Shown here: in pieces, positions 46,339-57,808 of the stretch
Layout: the number at the start of each line of letters is the position of its first letter
Position numbering within the stretch: the stretch's first letter is position 1
Source of the DNA: an uncultured delta proteobacterium
GTDB taxonomy: Bacteria > Myxococcota > UBA727 > VGSZ01
Direction of reading: 5' to 3'
NCBI GenBank assembly: GCA_963775425.1
Contig: CAVZJB010000008.1
Span: forward strand, 320,001 to 384,000
Length of the DNA stretch: 64,000 nucleotides
Position numbers and translations under genes: made by a program
The notes under the pieces: model-generated
The model's input: the letters and a program-made list of their open reading frames with translations, nothing else
What the model was told of the DNA's origin: nothing
The model's database searches: none

Positions 46339-47457
46339 ATGGCGGACACGCTCGTGGTGGCGATCATGGCGGGGGGCGCGGGCACGCGCTTCTGGCCGGC
46401 GTCCACCGAGCGGCGGCCCAAGCAGTTCCTCGCGCTCGCCGGCGAGCGCACCCTCCTGCAGCAGAGCTACGACCGCGCCCGGGCGCTCACCGACAAGATC
46501 TTCGTCGTCACCAACGCCGCGTTCATCGGGCTCGTCGGGGAGCAACTGCCGCAGCTCGGGCCCGGCGACGTCGTCGGCGAGCCCGAGCGCAAGGACACCG
46601 CCGCCGCCGCGGTGCTCGCCACGCTCCTCGCCGAGCGGCGCTTCCCCGGCTGCACGCTCGTGATCCTCACGAGCGACCACGTCATCGGCCCCGTCGACGA
46701 ATTCGCGCGGACGGTGCGCGCCGCCGCCGCCGACCTCGCCGCCGGGGCCGGCGACGCCCTGTACACCCTCGGGATCCCGCCGGCCTTCCCCGCCACCGGC
46801 TACGGCTACCTCGAGCTCGGCGCCCCCGTCGACGACGTCGAGTCGGCGCCGTCCGGGCCGGCCGGCGTCGTGCGCCGCTCGGCGGTGCAGCGCTTCGTGG
46901 AAAAGCCCGACGCGGCGACCGCGAAGCGCTACGTCGACGGCGGCCGGCACCTGTGGAACAGCGGCATGTTCGTGTGGCGGGCCGCCGCCGCGCTCGCGCA
47001 GATGCGCGAGCACCTGCCGCAACACGTGGCCGCGCTCGAGCCCGCGGCCGCCGCCCTCGCCGATCCCGCGGCGTCGGACGCGGCGCGCGCGGCGGCGATG
47101 GCGCAGGCGTTCGCGGCGGTGCCCAAGGTGTCCGTCGACTACGGCCTCATGGAGAAGGCCCGCAACGTCCGCTGCGCCGCCGCCACCTTTTCGTGGAGCG
47201 ACGTCGGCTCGTTCGCCGCCCTCGCCGAGCACATGCCCGAGGACGCGCAGCAAAACGCGCACCGCGGCCGCGTGGCCTCGCTCGACGCGCGCGGCAACGT
47301 GGTGTGGTGCGAGGACGACGGCGAGCTGGTCGCGCTCCTCGGCGTCGACGACCTCGTCGTCGTCCGCGCCGGCAAGCGCACGCTCGTGACGCGCAAGTCC
47401 CGGGCCGAGGACATCAAGAAGCTCGTCGACACGCTCGACAAAGGGGACCGCTCATGA
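46339..47457 (+). CDS. manC: Mannose-1-phosphate guanylyltransferase
   Basis: [13 protein letters not shown]...[46 protein letters not shown]. Confidence 0.93.
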   Translation: MADTLVVAIMAGGAGTRFWPASTERRPKQFLALAGERTLLQQSYDRARALTDKIFVVTNAAFIGLVGEQLPQLGPGDVVGEPERKDTAAAAVLATLLAERRFPGCTLVILTSDHVIGPVDEFARTVRAAAADLAAGAGDALYTLGIPPAFPATGYGYLELGAPVDDVESAPSGPAGVVRRSAVQRFVEKPDAATAKRYVDGGRHLWNSGMFVWRAAAALAQMREHLPQHVAALEPAAAALADPAASDAARAAAMAQAFAAVPKVSVDYGLMEKARNVRCAAATFSWSDVGSFAALAEHMPEDAQQNAHRGRVASLDARGNVVWCEDDGELVALLGVDDLVVVRAGKRTLVTRKSRAEDIKKLVDTLDKGDRS

Positions 47458-48818
47458 CGCTCAAGTGCTTCAAGGCCTACGACATCCGCGGCAAGGTCCC
47501 ATCGGAGCTCGACGAAGACCTCGCGCGCAACATCGGCCGCGCCTACGCGCAGCTCGAAAAGCCGCGCCGCGTGGTCATCGGGCGCGACATGCGCCTGTCC
47601 TCCGAGGCCATCGCCGGGGCCCTCGCCGACGGCTTGCGCGAGGCCGGGGTCGACGTCGTCGACATCGGCCTCGGCGGCACCGAGCTCGTCTACTTCGCCG
47701 CGTTCCACCTCGAAAAGGACGGCGTCGACGGCGGCATCGCCGTCACCGCCAGCCACAACCCCGCCGACTACAACGGCATGAAGCTCGTGCGCAGAGGCGC
47801 CGTCCCCATCAGCGGGGACACGGGCCTCAAGGACATCGAGCGCCTGGCCGAGCAGGGCTTCGCGCGCGCGGCGCCCACGGGCAAGCGCGAGACGGTCGAC
47901 GTGTGGCCGGCGTACATCGAGCACCTCTTGTCGTACGTGGACGTCAAGGCGCTCGCTCCGCTCAAGATCGTCGCCAACGCCGGCAACGGCTGCGCCGGCC
48001 TCGTCGTCGACAAGCTCGAGGCGCGGCTGCCGTTTTCCTTCATCAAGGTGCACAACGAGCCCGACGGCACCTTCCCGAACGGCGTCCCGAACCCCATCCT
48101 GGTCGACAACCACCCCGCCACCGCCGACGTCGTCCGCGCCCACAAGGCCGACCTCGGCCTCGCCTGGGACGGCGACCACGACCGCTGCTTCTTCTTCGAC
48201 GCCGGCGGCGCGTTCATCGAGGGCTACTACATGGTCGGCCTGTTCGCCTCCGAGCTGCTCGCCAAGCAGCCCGAGGGCACGGCGGTGGTGCACGACCCGC
48301 GGCTCGTGTGGAACACCATCGACCTCGTCGAGCGGGGCGGCGGCCGCCCGGTGATGTCCAAGACCGGCCACGCCTTCATCAAGGAGCGCATGCGCAAGGA
48401 GAACGCCGTCTACGGCGGCGAGATGAGCGCGCATCACTACTTCAGGGAGTTCGCCTACTGCGACTCCGGCATGATCCCCTGGCTGCTCCTGACGTCGACG
48501 ATGTCGCGCACCAAGAGCTCCCTCGCGGAGCTCGTGGCGGACATGCAGCAGCGTTTCCCGGCGTCGGGCGAGGTGAACCTCACCATCGCCAATCCCAAGG
48601 CGGCCCTCGACAAGGTGCGCGCGACGTTCGGCCCGGGCGCCGTGCGCATCGACGAGACCGACGGCATCTCCGTGGAGCACGAGACCTGGCGGGTCAACGT
48701 GCGCTCGTCCAACACCGAGCCCGTGGTGCGCGTGAACGTCGAGTCCCGCGGCGACGCCGCGCTCATGCGCGCAAAGACCGACGAGGTGCTGGGCCTCCTC
48801 CGCGGGCTCGCGGGGTGA
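47454..48818 (+). CDS. manB: Phosphomannomutase (CpsG/ManB)
   Basis: [37 protein letters not shown]. Confidence 0.95.
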   Translation: MTLKCFKAYDIRGKVPSELDEDLARNIGRAYAQLEKPRRVVIGRDMRLSSEAIAGALADGLREAGVDVVDIGLGGTELVYFAAFHLEKDGVDGGIAVTASHNPADYNGMKLVRRGAVPISGDTGLKDIERLAEQGFARAAPTGKRETVDVWPAYIEHLLSYVDVKALAPLKIVANAGNGCAGLVVDKLEARLPFSFIKVHNEPDGTFPNGVPNPILVDNHPATADVVRAHKADLGLAWDGDHDRCFFFDAGGAFIEGYYMVGLFASELLAKQPEGTAVVHDPRLVWNTIDLVERGGGRPVMSKTGHAFIKERMRKENAVYGGEMSAHHYFREFAYCDSGMIPWLLLTSTMSRTKSSLAELVADMQQRFPASGEVNLTIANPKAALDKVRATFGPGAVRIDETDGISVEHETWRVNVRSSNTEPVVRVNVESRGDAALMRAKTDEVLGLLRGLAG

Positions 48819-49294
48819 ACCCGCTCAAGCGCGCCGGCGACGCGTACCAGCGCGACGCGATCATCCCGCACTGCGCGAGCTGCGCGCGGCCCTGCTGCAA
48901 GCTCGACGACGTCGTGCTCGACCTCGACTGGAAGCGCGCGCAGGCGCTCTACCAGATCAAGTCCTCGCGGCGCGCCTTCAATCGCTCGCTCCACGACGGC
49001 AGCGGGCCCACCACCATCCAGGAGCACCACGGGCGCTACTACGCCCACGGCGCGCCCTGTCCGGCCTACGACGGCGGCGGCCGCTGCCGCGTCTACGGCA
49101 CCGACGTCAAGCCGCCCTCGTGCAGCGACTTCCCCGTCTACCTCGACGGCGACGGCCTCACCGCCGACACCCGCTGCGAGGCCGTCGACGTCGACGCCCT
49201 CGAGGCCCACCTGCGCGCCGCGTTCCCCGCCAAGCGCGTGCGCCGCGCGGTGGACCCGAGCTTCCCGATGTTCGTCACCTTCGACGTCGAGTGA
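48815..49294 (+). CDS. YkgJ-like cysteine-cluster protein
   Basis: [19 protein letters not shown]...KPPSCSDFP. Confidence 0.75.
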   Translation: MNPLKRAGDAYQRDAIIPHCASCARPCCKLDDVVLDLDWKRAQALYQIKSSRRAFNRSLHDGSGPTTIQEHHGRYYAHGAPCPAYDGGGRCRVYGTDVKPPSCSDFPVYLDGDGLTADTRCEAVDVDALEAHLRAAFPAKRVRRAVDPSFPMFVTFDVE

Positions 49295-49385
49295 GGGCGC
49301 GGCCTCGCGGGAGGTCCCACGCGGTGTGCCGCCGGTCACGGCCGGCGGGGTTGAATATATCACTCGTTCTATTACCCGGGGTCAC

Positions 49386-50834
49386 ATGATGATGCGCCCC
49401 CTCGCCCTCGCGTTCCTGTTCGCGCTCCCCCTCGCCGCCGCCTGCGATCCCGGCGGCGCGGGCGAGGGCGAGGGCGACGCCGCCGAAGGAGAGGGCGAAG
49501 GCGACGCCGGCGAGGGCGAGGGCGAAGGCGAGGGCGAAGGAGAAGGGGAAGGAGAGGGCGAAGGCGAAGGAGAGGGCGAAGGAGAGGGCGAAGGAGAGGG
49601 CGAAGGAGAGGGCGAAGGCGGCCTCTGCGAGAACACCTGCGCGCTCGACTTCAGCTTCGGCGGCTGCGACGACGGCTACTCCGATCCGGACTTCCAAAGC
49701 TGCTCCTACGGCACCGACTGCGCCGGCTGCGGCACGCGCCCGTTCCCCACCGCCGACGCGCCGTCGACCTGGACCGCGACGTTCTTCGGCGGCATCGACG
49801 TCGGGCCGGTGGGCACCGGCAACACCCCGCTGCGCGCCGCGTTCGCGCGCGGCTACGTCGACGGCGGCGGCCGCCTCGTCACCACCGCCGAGGTGCAGTC
49901 GTCGTCGGGCACCACGGAGCGCGAGGTGCTCGTGTTCGACGCCACCACCGGCGCCCCCATGTGGCGCGGGCCCACCGCCGACATCGCGCTCGCGCACCCG
50001 TCGGGGGACATCGTCACCGTGAGCGGCTTCGACGTCCGCCGCGTCACGGCGCGCCACGACAACATCTGGCGCGCGCCGCTCGCCGACGTCATCGCCGCCG
50101 CCGGCGGCTCCGGTGGGCAGTCCCTGGAGGACGCCTTCGTCGACGCCCAGGGCCACGTGTGGGTCCTCGCGTTCGCCTTCAGCGGCAGCACCTTCGTCCT
50201 CGAGCTCGACGGCGAGACCGGCGACGGCGTCGACGCCTGGGAGCTCCCCGGGCGCGCTGGCGGCGCCTTCGCCCAGGAGACCTCCTCGGGCCGCGTCCTC
50301 GTCTTCGACGCCGAGACCGACGGCGCCGCCGCCACCATCAGCGCCGTCACCCCCGGCAACGCCAACGTCGACGAAGACGTCGCCACGCTCGCCGTCGCCG
50401 GCTTCCCGCGGGTCGCGGTGGCCGCCGGCGCGCGCGTCGTCGTGGCGGTCGACGACGCCGGCGCGTTCTCGCTGGCCTCGCTCGACGCGAGCCTCGCCGA
50501 GCTCGACGCCCCGGTGGACCTCTCGGGCGCGCCGGCCACCGTGGAGTCCGCGGACCCGCCGCGCCTCATCGCCGAGGGCGACGGCGTCCGCTGGGTGCAG
50601 CCCTTGAGCTACCTGCAAGGCGACGGCGGCGGCGTGGTCGTCGACGTCAGCTACGGCGGCATGCTCCAGAGCTGGGCCGCGGACCTCACGCCGGGCACGC
50701 CCTCGTTCATCGGCGCGGACCGGAACCTCTCGCTCGACGACGTCGTCGACGCCGACGGCGGCGTCGTCACGCTCACCACGGACGGCGGCAACTTCCTCAT
50801 CCTGCACCGCGGACCCGCGCCCGTCCTCGAGTAG
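49386..50834 (+). CDS. Lipoprotein with a long GE repeat, Cys motif and beta-propeller-like body
   Basis: Lipobox AAAC; (GE)18; CENTC...CDDG...C..GTDC..CG; acidic beta-rich domain. Confidence 0.8.
   Translation: MMMRPLALAFLFALPLAAACDPGGAGEGEGDAAEGEGEGDAGEGEGEGEGEGEGEGEGEGEGEGEGEGEGEGEGEGEGGLCENTCALDFSFGGCDDGYSDPDFQSCSYGTDCAGCGTRPFPTADAPSTWTATFFGGIDVGPVGTGNTPLRAAFARGYVDGGGRLVTTAEVQSSSGTTEREVLVFDATTGAPMWRGPTADIALAHPSGDIVTVSGFDVRRVTARHDNIWRAPLADVIAAAGGSGGQSLEDAFVDAQGHVWVLAFAFSGSTFVLELDGETGDGVDAWELPGRAGGAFAQETSSGRVLVFDAETDGAAATISAVTPGNANVDEDVATLAVAGFPRVAVAAGARVVVAVDDAGAFSLASLDASLAELDAPVDLSGAPATVESADPPRLIAEGDGVRWVQPLSYLQGDGGGVVVDVSYGGMLQSWAADLTPGTPSFIGADRNLSLDDVVDADGGVVTLTTDGGNFLILHRGPAPVLE
49509..49616 (+). 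repeat. (Gly-Glu)18 coding repeat
   Basis: GGN-GAR hexamers with mixed synonymous codons. Confidence 0.9.
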
Positions 50835-50850
50835 CGCTTGATCGACGCGC

Positions 50851-50881
50851 AAAAAGAGAGGGCGCCCGACGGCGCCCTCTC
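50851..50881 (-). terminator. Rho-independent terminator
   Basis: GAGAGGGCGCC-cgac-GGCGCCCTCTC perfect 11-bp stem with an A5 run on plus (U5 on minus), between convergent genes. Confidence 0.85.
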
Positions 50882-50907
50882 CCACACACACGGACGATCG
50901 GAAATGG

Positions 50908-51231
50908 TCAGACCACGCTCACCGGGCGGTTGTTGGAGGGCGCGCTGGGGGCCGAGGCCACGGGAGCGACGTCGGGCTCCGTAGGCTTCAGCTTCTTGAT
51001 GTTGTCCACGATGGCGGAGACCATGTTCTTCACGCGCTCGCTGATGGCCTGCTGCGGCGGGGGCTGCTTGGCGACCTTCTTGCGGGCGTCGGCGCGGAGG
51101 CCCTCCATCACGTCATCCTGGTTGAAGCCGGGGCGATCGCGGCGCTGGGCCTGGGCGATCGGCATGCTGATGTCCTGCGAGGGGGCCTGAACCTTGTGGC
51201 AGCCGCCGGAGTTGCAAACCTTGTGGCACAT
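50908..51231 (-). CDS. Small hypothetical protein with an N-terminal CHKVC..GGCHKV repeat
   Basis: GGAGG RBS, ATG, 107 aa, followed by a terminator; divergent from ECF operon 2. Confidence 0.7.
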   Translation of the reverse strand: MCHKVCNSGGCHKVQAPSQDISMPIAQAQRRDRPGFNQDDVMEGLRADARKKVAKQPPPQQAISERVKNMVSAIVDNIKKLKPTEPDVAPVASAPSAPSNNRPVSVV

Positions 51232-51388
51232 GAGGGACCTCCAAATCGGCGTTGTGGGTTGTTTGCCGAAGACAAGTTGGTTCTCGGTCTCGCTGCCTCG
51301 GTGCATCTTTCGGGCGATCCCCCGATAGGACCGGGTCCTACGTGTAGGCTTTGCGGGCGGCCCCGCCCGCGGGTCGAGGAGTGACGTG

Positions 51389-52030
51389 ATGGCGCAGAGC
51401 GCACCCCTCCTGGCCGCAGAGGCCGTCCCCCCGCGGCCGAAGGACCCGTTGCGGGCCCTGTTCGAGCAGGCCCGCGGGGGCGACGCCGGGGCCCTCGAAC
51501 GCCTGTGCGCCGAGATGCGCCCCCGGCTGTACCGGGTGGCCTGGGCCATCGTGAAGGACGCCGACGAGGCCGACGACGTGGCCCAGGAGGCCCTCATCCG
51601 GGCCCTGAAGCGGCGCTTCCTGTTTCTCGGCAAGGGCAGCGTGGCGGGGTGGATGACCCGCATCGCCCAGAACCTCGCCAAAAACCGGCTGCGCGACGGC
51701 AAGCGCCGCCGGGAGATCCTGGAGGCCGCGCTCCCGGACGAACGCAGCGTCCGGGGGGCGGAGGCGCAGGCGCTCCACGCGCCCGACGCCGTCGCCGCAC
51801 ACAAGCAGGCGCGCGCCCGGCTGATCGCCGCGGTGGACGCCCTCCCCGAGCGCCAGCGGGACGTCGTGCGCTTGCACGCCGTCGCGCAGCTCGAGTTCGC
51901 CGAGGTCGCCGAGGCGCTCGGCATGACCGAGGCCAACGCGCGGGTCACGTTCTCCAACGCCAAAAAGAAGCTCGTCGCCGTGCTCGGAGAGGCCGCCGCC
52001 CCCTCCGCCACGAAGGAGAAGTCGCCATGA
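51389..52030 (+). CDS. ECF RNA polymerase sigma factor (operon 2)
   Basis: GDAGALERL, ADDVAQEALIRA, WMTRIAQNLAKN, LPERQRDVV, EVAEALG; GAGGAG RBS. Confidence 0.93.
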   Translation: MAQSAPLLAAEAVPPRPKDPLRALFEQARGGDAGALERLCAEMRPRLYRVAWAIVKDADEADDVAQEALIRALKRRFLFLGKGSVAGWMTRIAQNLAKNRLRDGKRRREILEAALPDERSVRGAEAQALHAPDAVAAHKQARARLIAAVDALPERQRDVVRLHAVAQLEFAEVAEALGMTEANARVTFSNAKKKLVAVLGEAAAPSATKEKSP

Positions 52031-52425
52031 CCGACCGCGATCCCATCGAGACCGAGCTCGCCGCGCTCGCCCCGCCGCCGCGCCGCACCGACGCCGCGTT
52101 CGCGCGCGCCGTCGCCGCCGGCGTCGCCCGGGGCAAGAGCGCGGGCCGCGGCTCCCTCTTCGCCCTGCCGGCGTTGGCGGCGGCGGCGGCGGCGTTCGCC
52201 CTCGTCGTCACCGTCGGCAACCCGGAGCGTTCCGTCGTCGACGCCGGCGTGCGCGTGGCCGTCGCCCACCCCGTCGCCCATCCCGTCGCCGCGCCCGCCG
52301 AGCAGATCGACGCGTCCTGGGACGACGAAGACGACTTTGCGCTTCCGTCGCTCGACGGGTCTTCGGATGAAGAGCTCGCGCGCCTCGATCGAGCCCTCGA
52401 CGAGGCGCTCAAGAACAAGCCCTGA
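52027..52425 (+). CDS. Small membrane protein, probable anti-sigma factor
   Basis: ATGA overlap with the sigma gene; one TM helix; acidic C-terminus. Confidence 0.7.
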   Translation: MTDRDPIETELAALAPPPRRTDAAFARAVAAGVARGKSAGRGSLFALPALAAAAAAFALVVTVGNPERSVVDAGVRVAVAHPVAHPVAAPAEQIDASWDDEDDFALPSLDGSSDEELARLDRALDEALKNKP

Positions 52426-52436
52426 GGAGAGAAACC

Positions 52437-53027
52437 ATGCGCCGCACCCTGCTCGTCACCGCCCTCGCCACCGCCCTCGCCGGCGCCGTCGCCATGCCCG
52501 CCTTCGCCGACGCCCCACCGCCCCCCGGACCGGGCATGCGCGCCGGCGCGCACGGCGGCCCCGGCGGACCCGGCGGCGCCCGCCGCGAAGAGATGCGCGC
52601 GCGCGTGCAGCAGAAGGTGCAGGCGTTCCTCACCACCGAGCTGCAGTCGCGCGTCGGGCTCGACGCGACCAAGAGCGCCAAGCTCTCCGACGCCATCCAG
52701 GCGCACATGGAGCGCAAGCACGCGCGCGCCAAGCAGTTGCGCGAGGAGATGAAGAAGCTGCGTGGCCTCGTCGACGGCAAGGCCAGCGACGCGCAGATCA
52801 AGGCGCAGCTCGACCGCGTGCTCGGCGCCTCCAGCCGCGACGACGACGCGCAGGCCTTCATCGGCGACACCTCGAAGTTCCTCTCGGTGCAGGAGCAGGC
52901 CAAGCTCGCGCTGGCGTTGCCCGACGTCCTCAAGGAGGTCCACCACATGATGCGCTCGTCCCACCGCGAGATGCGCGGCGGCCGCGGCGGCTTCGGCGGC
53001 AGGGGACCGGCGGACGACGAGGACTGA
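52437..53027 (+). CDS. Periplasmic Spy/CpxP/heavy-metal-sensor-like protein
   Basis: Signal peptide (AFA), Gly/Pro-rich segment, helical body with LSVQEQAKL; GAGGAG RBS. Confidence 0.75.
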   Translation: MRRTLLVTALATALAGAVAMPAFADAPPPPGPGMRAGAHGGPGGPGGARREEMRARVQQKVQAFLTTELQSRVGLDATKSAKLSDAIQAHMERKHARAKQLREEMKKLRGLVDGKASDAQIKAQLDRVLGASSRDDDAQAFIGDTSKFLSVQEQAKLALALPDVLKEVHHMMRSSHREMRGGRGGFGGRGPADDED

Positions 53028-53255
53028 AAGGCTGAAAAACAAGGCTCGTAGCCGCACTCGGCGAAGCCGCCCACAAGGTGGCTCGCCGCGCGGAGTACGC
53101 GGCGAGGCACGTCGGCGCGCAAGAACCGCTGCAGGTTGTGAGGAAACGGCGGGTCCGAGCGGTGTTGTGATCCCGCTATCAGCGCACGTGGCGGGTTCGT
53201 GACAACGTCGCCACCGCCGGAGCTCCTTTCCGCTCCGCCGTGTGGCCGTAGCACC
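53024..53255. repeat. Two-block non-coding element, copy 2 (structured RNA or MITE)
   Basis: Block A 53024-53064; block B 53201-53255 is 54/55 identical to 35640-35694; hairpin-rich 136-nt insert between them. Confidence 0.85.
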
Positions 53256-53290
53256 CGCTCTCGCGGCGCCGCAGATGGCGCCGGCTCCGC

Positions 53291-55129
<1,839 letters not shown>

Positions 55130-55142
55130 GGTGCTGCTCCGG

Positions 55143-57695
55143 TTACTCGGCGGCGCGATGTTCGCCCACTGCGCCTCCAGGGGGCAACTCGGGCTCGGCG
55201 GGGAGGCCGACGGCGAAGGTGGTGCCTTGCCCCTCGACGGAGCTGACCTTGACGTCGCCGCCGTGCGCGTCGACGACCGCCTTCACGATGGCGAGCCCGA
55301 GCCCGGAGCCCTGGCCCGCGTGCGCGTTGGTGGGCACCTGGAAGAACGGCTCGAACAGGCGCGGCAGCGCCTCCTCGGGAACGCCGCACCCGTCGTCCTT
55401 GATCTCGACGAGCAGGCGGTGCGGCTCCTCGCCGCGCTTGAGCGTCACCGACACGCGGCCGCCGCGCCCGGTGAACTTGAGCGCGTTGTCCACGAGGTTT
55501 TGCACCACCTGCCCGAGGCGGTCGGGGTCGCCGCGCACCAGCGCCGGCGTCCCCTCCTCGACGTCGAGCACCAGCTCGACGCCCGCCTCGCGCGCGCGGC
55601 CCTCGAGGTCGGCGACGAGGCGCCGCGCGATGTCGGCGACGTCGACCTTCTCCTGCGGACCCGCGCGGTGCTTGAGCTTCTGCAGATCGAGGAGGTTGGT
55701 GCACAGCGCCGTGAGCCGGTCCTCCTGCCGCGAGACGCCCTCGAGGAAGGCGCGCACGTCGTCCCTGTGCATGCGCGGGAGGTCGCGCAGGATGGTCTGC
55801 ACGTTCTGGCGGATGACCGCGAGCGGCGAGCGGAAGTCGTGCGAGATGGTGGCGACGAGCTCGTCCTTGCGCTCGTTCAACAGGTTCAGCTCGTGATTCT
55901 TCTGCTCGAGCTCGGCGGTGCGCGCGACCACGCGCTTTTCGAGCTCGCGGTTGAGCCGCTCCACGGCCTCGAAGGCGAGCGTGTTGACGAGGGCGGCGGC
56001 GAGCGGACCGGCGAGCGCGCCGACGAAGCTGACGTCGCCGTCTTCGTACGGGGTGCCCTCCGGGCGCACGCTGACGACGAGCAGGCCCACAGGCTCGTTG
56101 GCCACGGCGAGGCGCACGGCGAGCGCCGGGTTTTGAAAGCCGGCCTCGACGGCGCCGGGCGCGGGCATCTCGTCGTCGATGACGATGGGGTCGGCGCGCT
56201 CGAGCCACGCTTGGACGCCGTAGTCGACGTCGATGATGCGCGCGCGCACCTGCGGGATGAGCCGCTTCTCCCCGCGGTCGAGGCGGTACAGCTCGAAGGA
56301 CGCCGGCGCGATGGAGCTTTGGAACGTGGACTTGAGCGTTTCGATGACGGCGGCGAGGTGCGTGGACGTCGACGCGCGCGCGGTGAAGTCGGCGACCAGG
56401 CGGCTGGCGTCGTAGCGCCGCGAACGCAGCAGGTCCTCGACGTGCGTCTGCACGCGGTGGGTGAGCGGCGCGGCCACCGCGAACAGGAGCGCGGCGAGCG
56501 CGACCATGGCGGGCGCGTCGTCGAGCTTGAGGAACTGCACCGCCGCCCACAGCACGAGCCCCAGCGCCATGCCGACGACGGCGGCGACGGTGAGCCCGCC
56601 GACGAGGCGCCGCGCCGTGTGGTTCAGGCGAAAGAGGTCGTGGCGGACGATGGCGTCGGCGGTGGAGATGGGCACGAGCAGCAGGAAGCCGTTCCAGATG
56701 AGCGAGAGCGGCGACAGGTGCAGCACGTTTCCGAGGAAGAGGTTGACGATGGGGATGCCGGCGCCGACGGGCCAGGCCCACAGGATCTGGCGGATGCGCG
56801 CGCGGCGCCGCGGAGAGCGGCCGCGCACGTACGCGACGGCGAGCAGCCCGAGGTTCACGGTCATGCAGACGGCCAGCCAGGTGTAGAAGGCGGAGTCTGC
56901 GACGACGTAGCGATGCACGTCGCCCATGCTCGTGAGGAGGAGCGCGGAGATGACGCCGGACACGAGGAGGCTGCCGACGGTGAGGGCCCACATGCGCCGC
57001 TGGGGCGCCCGCCGCGTGTCGAGGGAGAACCCCGTCTCGCCGACCTCGGGCGCGCCCTCGAGCGCGCGCGCGCCGTCGAATTTGGTGTAGCCGCGGGTGA
57101 TGACGCCGACGAGGATCATGCCGAGCGTGCCGAGGAACGGACCGACCATCGGGAAAAACGGTGGCAGCCGCCACAGCATCGTGAGGTCCACCACCGACGA
57201 CATCGCCACGCCGAGCGGCGCGAAGAACGCGAAGAAGCTCCACGCCTCGGGCGTGCCCGGCCGCAGGAAGTAGAGCAGCACGGCGACGACGACGAACACG
57301 AGCCCGAGCAGCGCCTGGCTCGTGTGGCTCTTGATGAGGTCGCTGGCCGTGAACGTGCGCGTGGGGAGCTCGACGAAGCGCGCGTCGCCGTCCATGCCCT
57401 CGACCTGGTAGGTGATCTCGCTGCCGACGGGCCGCGCGAACGCGTGCTCGAGGATGCCGTCCTTGGAGAACACCACCTCGCCGTCGACGGCGATGATGCG
57501 GTCCCACATCTTGAAGCCGGCGTCCTGCGCCCCCCAGGACTGCAGCCCCACGGGGTTCACGAGGCCCTCCTCGACCAGGGAGAAGCCGATGAACGGCCTG
57601 CCCACGAGCGCGAACACGCCGACGACGATGCTGCCGCACACGAACAGCGCCGCGGCGGCGAGGACGGCGAACACCGAGTGCCCGAGGACACGCAC
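55143..57695 (-). CDS. Multi-pass membrane sensor histidine kinase (PDZ-like, TM bundle, GAF, HisKA, HATPase)
   Basis: AGF..WDRIIAVDG, many TM helices, SHDFRSPL, NLVDNALKFT, DDGCG, GSGLGL. Confidence 0.92.
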   Translation of the reverse strand: MRVLGHSVFAVLAAAALFVCGSIVVGVFALVGRPFIGFSLVEEGLVNPVGLQSWGAQDAGFKMWDRIIAVDGEVVFSKDGILEHAFARPVGSEITYQVEGMDGDARFVELPTRTFTASDLIKSHTSQALLGLVFVVVAVLLYFLRPGTPEAWSFFAFFAPLGVAMSSVVDLTMLWRLPPFFPMVGPFLGTLGMILVGVITRGYTKFDGARALEGAPEVGETGFSLDTRRAPQRRMWALTVGSLLVSGVISALLLTSMGDVHRYVVADSAFYTWLAVCMTVNLGLLAVAYVRGRSPRRRARIRQILWAWPVGAGIPIVNLFLGNVLHLSPLSLIWNGFLLLVPISTADAIVRHDLFRLNHTARRLVGGLTVAAVVGMALGLVLWAAVQFLKLDDAPAMVALAALLFAVAAPLTHRVQTHVEDLLRSRRYDASRLVADFTARASTSTHLAAVIETLKSTFQSSIAPASFELYRLDRGEKRLIPQVRARIIDVDYGVQAWLERADPIVIDDEMPAPGAVEAGFQNPALAVRLAVANEPVGLLVVSVRPEGTPYEDGDVSFVGALAGPLAAALVNTLAFEAVERLNRELEKRVVARTAELEQKNHELNLLNERKDELVATISHDFRSPLAVIRQNVQTILRDLPRMHRDDVRAFLEGVSRQEDRLTALCTNLLDLQKLKHRAGPQEKVDVADIARRLVADLEGRAREAGVELVLDVEEGTPALVRGDPDRLGQVVQNLVDNALKFTGRGGRVSVTLKRGEEPHRLLVEIKDDGCGVPEEALPRLFEPFFQVPTNAHAGQGSGLGLAIVKAVVDAHGGDVKVSSVEGQGTTFAVGLPAEPELPPGGAVGEHRAAE

Positions 57696-57808
57696 GCCTC
57701 GAGTATAGGGCGGCGCTCCGGGCGTGGGGCGCCCCCGCGGCGCGCCCGGTTTGCCGGTTCGGCACGCGTGACCTTCTGCCCGGGGCGCTGGTGGGCTACG
57801 TCTCGTGC

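Noticed and set aside
49382-49636. (Ser-Pro)n ORF on the minus strand
   Set aside because: Antisense shadow of the GE repeat.
52409-53254. Minus-strand ORFs containing LRPHGGAERSSGGGDVV (also 35637-36338)
   Set aside because: The shared peptide only reflects block B DNA identity; both ORFs run antisense to real genes and one stops right after the block.
53024-53290. The element as tRNA, SRP, 6S, tmRNA or a known riboswitch
   Set aside because: No cloverleaf or T-loop, SRP domain IV motif or recognisable aptamer consensus by eye; it sits at 3' ends rather than in leaders. An Rfam scan is still needed.
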